From: Nemertoderma westbladi
Taxonomy: Eukaryota; Animalia; Xenacoelomorpha
Assembly: GCA_032718475.1 (NCBI GenBank)
Contig: JAUCBJ010008868.1
Coordinates: 1-64,000 of the forward strand
DNA length: 64,000 nt
Direction of reading: 5' to 3'
The translations under genes were made by a program, and so were the position numbers. This document shows, in pieces, positions 52,301-64,000 of this stretch. A model generated the notes under the pieces. That model did no database searches, was not told where the DNA came from, and saw nothing but the letters and a program-made list of their open reading frames with translations. The number at the start of each line of letters is the position of its first letter. Position 1 is the stretch's first letter.

Positions 52301-55300
52301 ATGGTGGTGAACAGGCATTCCTTTAGGAAACAGAGTGGAAGGGTTTACTGTGGAAGATCACCCATGGCGGTGAACAGGCATTCCTTTAGGAAACAGAGTG
52401 GAAGGGTTTACTGTGGAAGATCACCCATGGTGGTGAACAGGCATTCCTTTAGGAACCAGAGTGGAAGGGTTTACTGTGGAAGAGATCACCCATGGTGGTG
52501 AACAGGCATTCCTTTAGGAACCAGAGTGGAAGGGTTTACTGTGGAAGAGATCACCCATGGTGGTGAACAGGCATTCCTTTAGGGAACAGAGTGGAAGGGT
52601 TTACTGTGGAAGATCACCCATGGTGGTGAACAGGCATTCCTTTAGGAACCAGAGTGGAAGGGTTTACTGTGGAAGATCACCCATGGTGGTGAACAGGCAT
52701 TCCTTTAGGGAACAGAGTGGAAGGGTTTACTGTGGAAGATCACCCATGGTGGTGAACAGGCATTCCTTTAGGAAACAGAGTGGAAGGGTTTACTGTGGAA
52801 GATCACCCATGGTGGTGAACAGGCATTCCTTTAGGAACAGAGTGGAAGGGTTTACTGTGGAAGATCACCCATGGTGGTGAACAGGCATTCCTTTAGGAAC
52901 CAGAGTGGAAGGGTTTACTGTGGAAGATCACCCATGGTGGTGAACAGGCATTCCTTTAGGGAACAGAGTGGAAGGGTTTACTGTGGAAGATCACCCATGG
53001 TGGTGAACAGGCATTCCTTTAGGGAACAGAGTGGAAGGGTTTACTGTGGAAGGATCACCCATGGTGGTGAACAGGCATTCCTTTAGGAACCAGAGTGGAA
53101 GGGTTTACTGTGGAAGATCACCCATGGTGGTGAACAGGCATTCCTTTAGGGAACAGAGTGGAAGGGTTTACTGTGGAAGATCACCCATGGTGGTGAACAG
53201 GCATTCCTTTAGGAAACAGAGTGGAAGGGTTTACTGTGGAAGAGATCACCCATGGTGGTGAACAGGCATTCCTTTGGGAAACAGAGTGGAAGGGTTTACT
53301 GCGGAAGATCACCCATGGTGGTGAACAGGCATTCCTTTAGGAACCAGAGTGGAAGGGTTTATTGTGGAAGAGATCACCCATGGTGGTAAACAGGCATTCC
53401 TTTAGGAAACAGAGTGGAAGGGTTTACTGTGGAAGATCACCCATGGTGGTGAACAGGCATTCCTTTAGGAACCAGAGTGGAAGGGTTTATTGTGGAAGAG
53501 ATCACCCATGGTGGTGAACAGGCATTCCTTTAGGGAACAGAGTGGAAGGGTTTACTGTGGAAGATCACCCATGGTGGTGAACAGGCATTCCTTTAGGAAC
53601 CAGAGTGGAAGGGTTTATTGTGGAAGAGATCACCCATGGTGGTGAACAGGCATTCCTTTAGGGAACAGAGTGGAAGGGTTTACTGTGGAAGATCACCCAT
53701 GGTGGTGAACAGGCATTCCTTTAGGGAACAGAGTGGAAGGGTTTACTGTGGAAGATCACCCATAGTGGTGAACAGGCATTCCTTTAGGGAACAGAGTGGA
53801 AGGGTTTACTGTGGAAGATCACCCATGGTGGTGAACAGGCATTCCTTTAGGAACCAGAGTGGAAGGGTTTATTGTGGAAGAGATCACCCATGGTGGTGAA
53901 CAGGCATTCCTTTAGGGAACAGAGTGGAAAGGTTTACTGTGGAAGATCACCCATGGTGGTGAACAGGCATTCCTTTAGGGAACAGAGTGGAAGGGTTTAC
54001 TGTGGAAGAGATCACCCATGGTGGTGAACAGGCATTCCTTTAGGGAACAGAGTGGAAGGGTTTACTATGGAAGATCATCCATGGTGGTGAACAGGCATTC
54101 CTTTGGGAAACAGAGTGGAAGGGTTTACTGTGGAAGATCACCCATGGTGGTGAACAGGCATTCCTTTAGGAAACAGAGTGGAAGGGTTTACTGTGGAAGA
54201 TCACGAATGGTGGTGAACAGGCATTCCTTTAGGGAACAGAGTGGAAGGGTTTACTGTGGAAGAGATCACCCATGGTGGTGAACAGGCATTCCTTTAGGGA
54301 ACAGAGTGGAAGGGTTTACTATGGAAGATCATCCATGGTGGTGAACAGGCATTCCTTTGGGAAACAGAGTGGAAGGGTTTACTGTGGAAGATCACCCATG
54401 GTGGTGAACAGGCATTCCTTTAGGAAACAGAGTGGAAGGGTTTACTGTGGAAGATCACCCATGGTGGTGAACAGGCATTCCTTTAGGAAACAGAGTGGAA
54501 GGGTTTACTGTGGAAGATCACCCATGGTGGTGAACAGGCATTCCTTTAGGGAACAGAGTGGAAGGGTTTACTGTGGAAGATCACCCATGGTGGTGAACAG
54601 GCATTCCTTTAGGGAACAGAGTGGAAGGGTTTACTGTGGAAGATCACCAATGGTGATGGACAGGCATTCCTTTAGGAAACAGAGTGGAAGGGTTTACTGT
54701 GGAAGAGATCACCCATGGTGGTGAACAGGCATTCCGTTAGGAAACAGAGTGGAAGGGTTTACTGTGGAAGATCACCCATGGTGGTGAACAGGCATTCCTT
54801 TAGGAACCAGAGTGGAAGGGTTTACTGTGGAAGATCACCCATGGTGGTGAACAGGCATTCCTTTAGGGAACAGAGTGGAAGGGTTTACTGTGGAAGATCA
54901 CCCATGGTGGTGAACAGGCATTCCTTTTGGAAACAGAGTGGAAGGGTTTACTGTGGAAGAGATCACCCATGGTGGTGAACAGGCATTCCTTTAGGGAACA
55001 GAGTGGAAGGGTTTACTGTGGAAGATCACCCATGGTGGTGAACAGGCATTCCTTTAGGAACCAGAGTGGAAGGGTTTACTGTGGAAGATCACCCATGGTG
55101 GTGAACAGGCATTCCTTTAGGGAACAGAGTGGAAGGGTTTACTGTGGAAGATCACCCATGGTGGTGAACAGGCATTCCTTTAGGAAACAGAGTGGAAGGG
55201 TTTACTGTGGAAGATCACCCATGGTGGTGAACAGGCATTCCTTTAGGAACCAGAGTGGAAGGGTTTACTGTGGAAGATCACCCATGGTGGTGAACAGGCA

Positions 55301-58300
55301 TTCCTTTAGGAAACAGAGTGGAAGGGTTTACTGTGGAAGATCACCCATGGTGGTGAACAGGCATTCCTTTAGGAAACAGAGTGGAAGGGTTTACTGTGGA
55401 AGATCACCCATGGTGGTGAACAGGCATTCCTTTAGGGAACAGAGTGGAAGGGTTTACTGTGGAAGATCACCCATGGTGGTGAACAGGCATTCCTTTAGGG
55501 AACAGAGTGGAAGGGTTTACTGTGGAAGATCACCCATGGTGGTGAACAGGCATTCCTTTAGGGAACAGAGTGGAAGGGTTTACTGTGGAAGATCACCCAT
55601 GGTGGTGAACAGGCATTCCTTTAGGGAACAGAGTGGAAGGGTTTACTGTGGAAGATCACCCATGGTGGTGAACAGGCATTCCTTTAGGGAACAGAGTGGA
55701 AGGGTTTACTGTGGAAGATCACCAATGGTGGTGAACAGGCATTCCTTTAGGAAACAGAGTGGAAGGGTTTACTGTGGAAGATCACCCATGGTGGTGAACA
55801 GGCATTCCTTTAGGAACCAGAGTGGAAGGGTTTACTGTGGAAGATCACCCATGGTGGTGAACAGGCATTCCTTTAGGGAACAGAGTGGAAGGGTTTACTG
55901 TGGAAGATCACCCATGGTGGTGAACAGGCATTCCTTTAGGGAACAGAGTGGAAGGGTTTACTGTGGAAGATCACCCATGGTGGTGAACAGGCATTCCTTT
56001 AGGAAACAGAGTGGAAGGGTTTACTGTGGAAGAGATCACCCATGGTGGTGAACAGGCATTCCGTTAGGAAACAGAGTGGAAGGGTTTACTGTGGAAGATC
56101 ACCCATGGTGGTGAACAGGCATTCCTTTAGGAAACAGAGTGGAAGGGTTTACTGTGGAAGATCACCCATGGTGGTGAACAGGCATTCCTTTAGGAAACAG
56201 AGTGGAAGGGTTTACTGTGGAAGATCACCCATGGTGGTGAACAGGCATTCCTTTAGGAAACAGAGTGGAAGGGTTTACTGTGGAGAGATCACCCATGGTG
56301 GTGAACAGGCATTCCTTTAGGGAACAGAGTGGAAGGGTTTACTGTGGAAGATCACCCATGGTGGTGAACAGGCATTCCTTTAGGAACCAGAGTGGAAGGG
56401 TTTACTGTGGAAGATCACCCATGGTGGTGAACAGGCATTCCTTTAGGGAACAGAGTGGAAGGGTTTACTGTGGAAGATCACCCATGGTGGTGAACAGGCA
56501 TTCCTTTAGGGAACAGAGTGGAAGGGTTTACTGTGGAAGATCACCCATGGTGGTGAACAGGCATTCCTTTAGGGAACAGAGTGGAAGGGTTTACTGTGGA
56601 AGATCACCCATGGTGGTGAACAGGCATTCCTTTAGGAAACAGAGTGGAAGGGTTTACTGTGGAAGATCACCCATGGTGGTGAACAGGCATTCCTTTAGGG
56701 AACAGAGTGGAAGGGTTTACTGTGGAAGATCACCCATGGTGGTGAACAGGCATTCCTTTAGGGAACAGAGTGGAAGGGTTTACTGTGGAAGATCACCCAT
56801 GGTGGTGAACAGGCATTCCTTTAGGGAACAGAGTGGAAGGGTTTACTGTGGAAGAGATCACCCATGGTGGTGAACAGGCATTCCTTTAGGGAACAGAGTG
56901 GAAGGGTTTACTGTGGAAGATCACCCATGGTGGTGAACAGGCATTCCTTTAGGGAACAGAGTGGAAGGGTTTACTGTGGAAGATCACCAATGGTGATGGA
57001 CAGGCATTCCTTTAGGAAACAGAGTGGAAGGGTTTACTGTGGAAGAGATCACCCATGGTGGTGAACAGGCATTCCGTTAGGAAACAGAGTGGAAGGGTTT
57101 ACTGTGGAAGATCACCCATGGTGGTGAACAGGCATTCCTTTAGGAACCAGAGTGGAAGGGTTTACTGTGGAAGATCACCCATGGTGGTGAACAGGCATTC
57201 CTTTAGGGAACAGAGTGGAAGGGTTTACTGTGGAAGATCACCCATGGTGGTGAACAGGCATTCCTTTTGGAAACAGAGTGGAAGGGTTTACTGTGGAAGA
57301 GATCACCCATGGTGGTGAACAGGCATTCCTTTAGGGAACAGAGTGGAAGGGTTTACTGTGGAAGATCACCCATGGTGGTGAACAGGCATTCCTTTAGGAA
57401 CCAGAGTGGAAGGGTTTACTGTGGAAGATCACCCATGGTGGTGAACAGGCATTCCTTTAGGGAACAGAGTGGAAGGCTTTACTGTGGAAGATCACCCATG
57501 GTGGTGAACAGGCATTCCTTTAGGGAACAGAGTGGAAGGGTTTACTGTGGAAGATCACCCATGGTGGTGAACAGGCATTCCTTTAGGAACCAGAGTGGAA
57601 GGGTTTACTGTGGAAGATCACCCATGGTGGTGAACAGGCATTCCTTTAAGAAACAGAGTGGAAGGCTTTACTGTGGAAGATCACCCATGGTGGTGAACAG
57701 GCATTCCTTTAGGAAACAGAGTGTAAGGGTTTACTGTGGAAGATCACCCATGGTGGTGAACAGGCATTCCTTTAGGGAACAGAGTGGAAGGGTTTACTGT
57801 GGAAGATCACCCATGGTGGTGAACAGGCATTCCTTTAGGGAACAGAGTGTAAGGGTTTACTGTGGAAGATCACCCATGGTGGTGAACAGGCATTCCTTTA
57901 AGAAACAGAGTGGAAGGCTTTACTGTGGAAGATCACCCATGGTGGTGAACAGGCATTCCTTTAGGGAACAGAGTGGAAGGGTTTACTGTGGAAGATCACC
58001 CATGGTGGTGAACAGGCATTCCTTTAGGGAACAGAGTGGAAGGGTTTACTGTGGAAGAGATCACCCATGGTGGTGAACAGGCATTCCTTTAGGGAACAGA
58101 GTGGAAGGGTTTACTGTGGAAGATCACCCATGGTGGTGAACAGGCATTCCTTTAGGAACCAGAGTGGAAGGGTTTACTGTGGAAGATCACCCATGGTGGT
58201 GAACAGGCATTCCTTTAGGGAACAGAGTGTAAGGGTTTACTGTGGAAGATCACCCATGGTGGTGAACAGGCATTCCTTTAAGAAACAGAGATGAAGGCTT

Positions 58301-61300
58301 TACTGTGGAAGATCACCCATGGTGGTGAACAGGCATTCCTTTAGGGAACAGAGTGGAAGGGTTTACTGTGGAAGATCACCCATGGTGGTGAACAGGCATT
58401 CCTTTAGGAACCAGAGTGGAAGGGTTTACTGTGGAAGATCACCCATGGTGGTGAACAGGCATTCCTTTAGGAACCAGAGTGGAAGGGTTTATTGTGGAAG
58501 AGATCACCCATGGTGGTGAACAGGCATTCCTTTTGGAAACAGAATGGAAGGGTTTACAGTGGAAGATCACCAATGGTGGTGAACAGGCATTCCTTTAGGA
58601 ACCAGAGTGGAAGGGTTTACTGTGGAAGAGATCACCCATGGTGGTGAACAGGCATTCCTTTTGGAAACAGAATGGAAGGGTTTACAGTGGAAGATCACCA
58701 ATGGTGGTGAACAGGCATTCCTTTGGGAAACAGAGTGGAAGGGTTTACTGTGGAAGATCACCCATGGTGGTGAACAGGCATTCCTTTAGGAACGAGAGTG
58801 GAAGGGTTTACTGTGGAAGATCACCCATGGTGGTGAACAGGCATTCCTTTAGGAACCAGAGTGGAAGGGTTTACTGTGGAAGATCACCCATGGTGGTGAA
58901 CAGGCATTCCTTTAGGAAACAGAGTGGAAGGGTTTACTGTGGAAGATCACCAATGGTGGTGAACAGGCATTCCTTTAGGAAACAGAGTGGAAGGGTTTAC
59001 TGTGGAAGATCACCCATGGTGGTGAACAGGCATTCCTTTAGGAACCAGAGTGGAAGGGTTTATTGTGGAAGATCACCCATGGTGGTGAACAGGCATTCCT
59101 TTAGGAACCAGAGTGGAAGGGTTTATTGTGGAAGAGATCACCCATGGTGGTGAACAGGCATTCCTTTAGGGAACAGAGTGGAAGGGTTTACTGTGGAAGA
59201 TCACCCATGGTGGTGAACAGGCATTCCTTTAGGAACCAGAGTGGAAGGGTTTATTGTGGAAGAGATCACCCATGGTGGTGAACAGGCATTCCTTTAGGGA
59301 ACAGAGTGGAAGGGTTTACTGTGGAAGATCACCCATGGTGGTGAACAGGCATTCCTTTAGGGAACAGAGTGGAAGGGTTTACTGTGGAAGATCACCCATA
59401 GTGGTGAACAGGCATTCCTTTAGGGAACAGAGTGGAAGGGTTTACTGTGGAAGATCACCCATGGTGGTGAACAGGCATTCCTTTAGGAACCAGAGTGGAA
59501 GGGTTTATTGTGGAAGAGATCACCCATGGTGGTGAACAGGCATTCCTTTAGGGAACAGAGTGGAAGGGTTTACTGTGGAAGATCACCCATGGTGGTGAAC
59601 AGGCATTCCTTTAGGGAACAGAGTGGAAGGGTTTACTGTGGAAGAGATCACCCATGGTGGTGAACAGGCATTCCTTTAGGGAACAGAGTGGAAGGGTTTA
59701 CTGTGGAAGATCACCCATGGTGGTGAACAGGCATTCCTTTAGGGAACAGAGTGGAAGGGTTTACTGTGGAAGATCACCAATGGTGATGGACAGGCATTCC
59801 TTTAGGAAACAGAGTGGAAGGGTTTACTGTGGAAGAGATCACCCATGGTGGTGAACAGGCATTCCGTTAGGAAACAGAGTGGAAGGGTTTACTGTGGAAG
59901 ATCACCCATGGTGGTGAACAGGCATTCCTTTAGGAACCAGAGTGGAAGGGTTTACTGTGGAAGATCACCCATGGTGGTGAACAGGCATTCCTTTAGGGAA
60001 CAGAGTGGAAGGGTTTACTGTGGAAGATCACCCATGGTGGTGAACAGGCATTCCTTTTGGAAACAGAGTGGAAGGGTTTACTGTGGAAGAGATCACCCAT
60101 GGTGGTGAACAGGCATTCCTTTAGGGAACAGAGTGGAAGGGTTTACTGTGGAAGATCACCCATGGTGGTGAACAGGCATTCCTTTAGGAACCAGAGTGGA
60201 AGGGTTTACTGTGGAAGATCACCCATGGTGGTGAACAGGCATTCCTTTAGGGAACAGAGTGGAAGGCTTTACTGTGGAAGATCACCCATGGTGGTGAACA
60301 GGCATTCCTTTAGGGAACAGAGTGGAAGGGTTTACTGTGGAAGATCACCCATGGTGGTGAACAGGCATTCCTTTAGGAACCAGAGTGGAAGGGTTTACTG
60401 TGGAAGATCACCCATGGTGGTGAACAGGCATTCCTTTAAGAAACAGAGTGGAAGGCTTTACTGTGGAAGATCACCCATGGTGGTGAACAGGCATTCCTTT
60501 AGGAAACAGAGTGTAAGGGTTTACTGTGGAAGATCACCCATGGTGGTGAACAGGCATTCCTTTAGGGAACAGAGTGGAAGGGTTTACTGTGGAAGATCAC
60601 CCATGGTGGTGAACAGGCATTCCTTTAGGGAACAGAGTGTAAGGGTTTACTGTGGAAGATCACCCATGGTGGTGAACAGGCATTCCTTTAAGAAACAGAG
60701 TGGAAGGCTTTACTGTGGAAGATCACCCATGGTGGTGAACAGGCATTCCTTTAGGGAACAGAGTGGAAGGGTTTACTGTGGAAGATCACCCATGGTGGTG
60801 AACAGGCATTCCTTTAGGGAACAGAGTGGAAGGGTTTACTGTGGAAGAGATCACCCATGGTGGTGAACAGGCATTCCTTTAGGGAACAGAGTGGAAGGGT
60901 TTACTGTGGAAGATCACCCATGGTGGTGAACAGGCATTCCTTTAGGAACCAGAGTGGAAGGGTTTACTGTGGAAGATCACCCATGGTGGTGAACAGGCAT
61001 TCCTTTAGGGAACAGAGTGTAAGGGTTTACTGTGGAAGATCACCCATGGTGGTGAACAGGCATTCCTTTAAGAAACAGAGATGAAGGCTTTACTGTGGAA
61101 GATCACCCATGGTGGTGAACAGGCATTCCTTTAGGGAACAGAGTGGAAGGGTTTACTGTGGAAGATCACCCATGGTGGTGAACAGGCATTCCTTTAGGAA
61201 CCAGAGTGGAAGGGTTTACTGTGGAAGATCACCCATGGTGGTGAACAGGCATTCCTTTAGGAACCAGAGTGGAAGGGTTTATTGTGGAAGAGATCACCCA

Positions 61301-62971
61301 TGGTGGTGAACAGGCATTCCTTTTGGAAACAGAATGGAAGGGTTTACAGTGGAAGATCACCAATGGTGGTGAACAGGCATTCCTTTAGGAACCAGAGTGG
61401 AAGGGTTTACTGTGGAAGAGATCACCCATGGTGGTGAACAGGCATTCCTTTTGGAAACAGAATGGAAGGGTTTACAGTGGAAGATCACCAATGGTGGTGA
61501 ACAGGCATTCCTTTGGGAAACAGAGTGGAAGGGTTTACTGTGGAAGATCACCCATGGTGGTGAACAGGCATTCCTTTAGGAACGAGAGTGGAAGGGTTTA
61601 CTGTGGAAGATCACCCATGGTGGTGAACAGGCATTCCTTTAGGAACGAGAGTGGAAGGGTTTACTGAGGAAGATCACCCATGGTGGTGAACAGCCATTCC
61701 TTTAGGAAACAGAGTGGAAGGGTTTACTGTGGAAGATCACCAATGGTGGTGAACAGGCATTCCTTTAGGAAACAGAGTGGAGGGGTGTACTGTGGAAGAT
61801 CACCCATGGTAGTGAACAGGCATTCCTTTGGGAACCAGAGTGGAAGGGTTTAATGTGGAAGACCACCCATGGTGGTGGACAGGCATTCCTTTAGGAAACA
61901 GAGTGGAAGGGTTTACTGTGGAAGATCACCCATGGTGGTGAACAGGCATTCCTTTAGGAACCAGAGTGGAAGGGTTTACTGTGGAAGATCACCCATGGTG
62001 GTGAACAGGCATTCCTTTAGGAACCAGAGTGGAAGGGTTAACTGTGGAAGATCACCCATGGTGGTGAACAGGCATTCCTTTAGGAAACAGAGTGGAAGGG
62101 TTTACTGAGGAAGAGATCACCCATGGTGGTGAAAAGGCATTCCTTTAGGAAACAGAATGGAAGGGTTTACTGTGGAAGATCACCCATGGTAGTGAACAGG
62201 CATTCCTTTAGGAACCAGAGTGGAAGGGTTTACTGTGGAAGATCACCCATGGTGGTGAACAGACATTCCTTTAGGAACGAGAGTGGAAGGGTTTACTGTA
62301 GAAGTTCACCCGTGGTGGTGAACAGGCATTCCTTTAGGAAACAGAGTGGAAGGGTTTACTGAGGAAGAGATCACCCATGGTGGTGAAAAGGCATTCCTTT
62401 AGGAAACAGAATGGAAGGGTTTACTGTGGAAGATCACCCATGGTGGTGAACAGGCATTCCTTTAGGAACCAGAGTGGAAGGGTTTACTGTGGAAGATCAC
62501 CCATGGTGGTGAACAGACATTCCTTTAGGAACGAGAGTGGAAGGGTTTACTGTAGAAGTTCACCCATGGTGGTGAACAGGCATTCCTTTAGGAAACAGAG
62601 TGGAAGGGTTTACTGAGGAAGAGATCACCCATGGTGGTGAAAAGGCATTCCTTTAGGAAACAGAATGGAAGGGTTTACTGTGGAAGATCACCCATGGTGG
62701 TGAACAGGCATTCCTTTAGGAACCAGAGTGGAAGGGTTTACTGTGGAAGATCACCCATGGTGGTGAACAGGCATTCCTTTAGGAAACAGAGTGGAAGGGT
62801 TTACTGTGGAAGATCACCAATGGCGGAGAACAGGCATTCCTTTAGGAAACAGAGTGGAAGGGTTTACTGTGGAAGATCACCCATGGTGGTGAACAGGCAT
62901 TCCTTTAGGAACCAGAGTGGAAGGGTTTACTGTGGAAGATCACCCATGGTGGTGAACAGGCATTCCTTTAG
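25376..62971. repeat. 63/65-bp satellite, ~590 monomers, with higher-order repeats
   Basis: Consensus aggaaacagagtggaagggtttactgtggaag(ag)atcacccatggtggtgaacaggcattccttt, head-to-tail in one orientation, with no foreign insertion seen. Confidence 0.99.
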
Positions 62972-64000
62972 TCTGTCCTTCACTGAACTCCAATTATATT
63001 ATCTGATACGAGGTCTGTCCTTCACTGAACTCCATTTATATTACCTGATACGAGGTCTGTCCTTCACTGAACTCCATTTATATTACCTGATACGAGGTCT
63101 GTCCTTCACTGAACTCCATTTATATTACCTGATACCAGTTCTGTTCTTCACTGAACTCCATTTATATTACCTGATACGAGGTCTGTCCTTCACTGAGCTC
63201 CATTTATATTACCTGATACGAGGTCTGTCCTTCACTGAACTCCATTTATATTACCTGATACGAGGTCTGTCCTTCACTGAACTCCATTTATATTACCGGA
63301 TACGAGGTCTGTCCTTCACTGAGCTCCATTTATATTACCTGATACGAGGTCTGTCCTTCACTGAACTCCATTTATATTACCTGATACGAGGTCTGTCCTT
63401 CACTGAACTCCATTTATATTACCTGATACGAGGTCTGTCCTTCACTGAACTCCATTTATATTACCTGATACGAGGTCTGTCCTTCACTGAACTCCATTTA
63501 TATTACCTGATACGAGGTCTGTCCTTCACTGAACTCCATTTATATTACCTGATACGAGGTCTGTCCTTCACTGAACTCCATTTATATTACCTGATACGAG
63601 GTCTGTCCTTCACTGAACTCCATTTATATTACCTGATACGAGGTCTGTCCTTCACTGAACTCCATTTATATTACCTGATACGAGGTCTGTCCTTCACTGA
63701 ACTCCATTTATATTACCTGATACGAGGTCTGTCCTTCACTGAACTACATTTATATTACCTGATACGAGGTCTGTCCTTCACTGAACTACATTTATATTAC
63801 CTGATACGAGGTCTGTCCTTCACTGAACTCCATTTATATTACCTGATACGAGGTCTGTCCTTCACTGAACTCCATTTATATTACCTGATACGAGGTCTGT
63901 CCTTCACTGAACTCCATTTATATTACCTGATACGAGGTCTGTCCTTCACTGAACTCCATTTATATTACCTGATACGAGGTCTGTCCTTCACTGAACTCCA
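62971..64000. repeat. 42-bp satellite (gtctgtccttcactgaactccatttatattacctgatacgag), >=24 copies, runs off the window
   Basis: Directly visible; near-identical copies with most variants in the first units. Confidence 0.98.

Noticed and set aside
25461-62616. Numerous ORFs of repeated MVVNRHSFRKQSGRVYCGRSP, up to 402 aa
   Set aside because: By-product of a 63-bp unit lacking a stop in one frame. The frequent +2 (65-bp) variants and nonsense variants break the frame freely, so there is no sign of coding constraint.
62971-64000. Possible hammerhead ribozyme satellite (ctgatacgag...gaac)
   Set aside because: Lacks the CUGANGA and GAAA core and the three helices on either strand.

Overview
Eukaryotic (animal, probably marine invertebrate) repeat-rich DNA; nothing prokaryotic and no CRISPR. 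About 70% is tandem satellite: a 32-bp array (~9.55-15.54 kb) carrying a poly(A)-tailed retro-insertion with a target-site duplication, a ~37.6-kb 63/65-bp array (25.38-62.97 kb) with higher-order repeats that continues directly from a SINE-like core, and a 42-bp array that abuts it and runs off the right end. The rest contains: a 180-codon minus-strand ORF running off the left edge (possibly retroelement gag-like); a ~4.9-kb internally deleted TIR DNA transposon with a CXC-tailed transposase pseudogene, part of whose coding sequence has expanded into a 47-bp minisatellite; a degraded CRE-type non-LTR retrotransposon; a Sola-like transposase relic; SINE and MITE fragments; and a phase-consistent five-exon minus-strand gene of unknown function between the two big satellites. 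Three unrelated minisatellites share a 47-bp period. Family assignments come from recalled motifs, not database searches. I found no clear new enzymatic system; the novelty here is in how the repeats arose.
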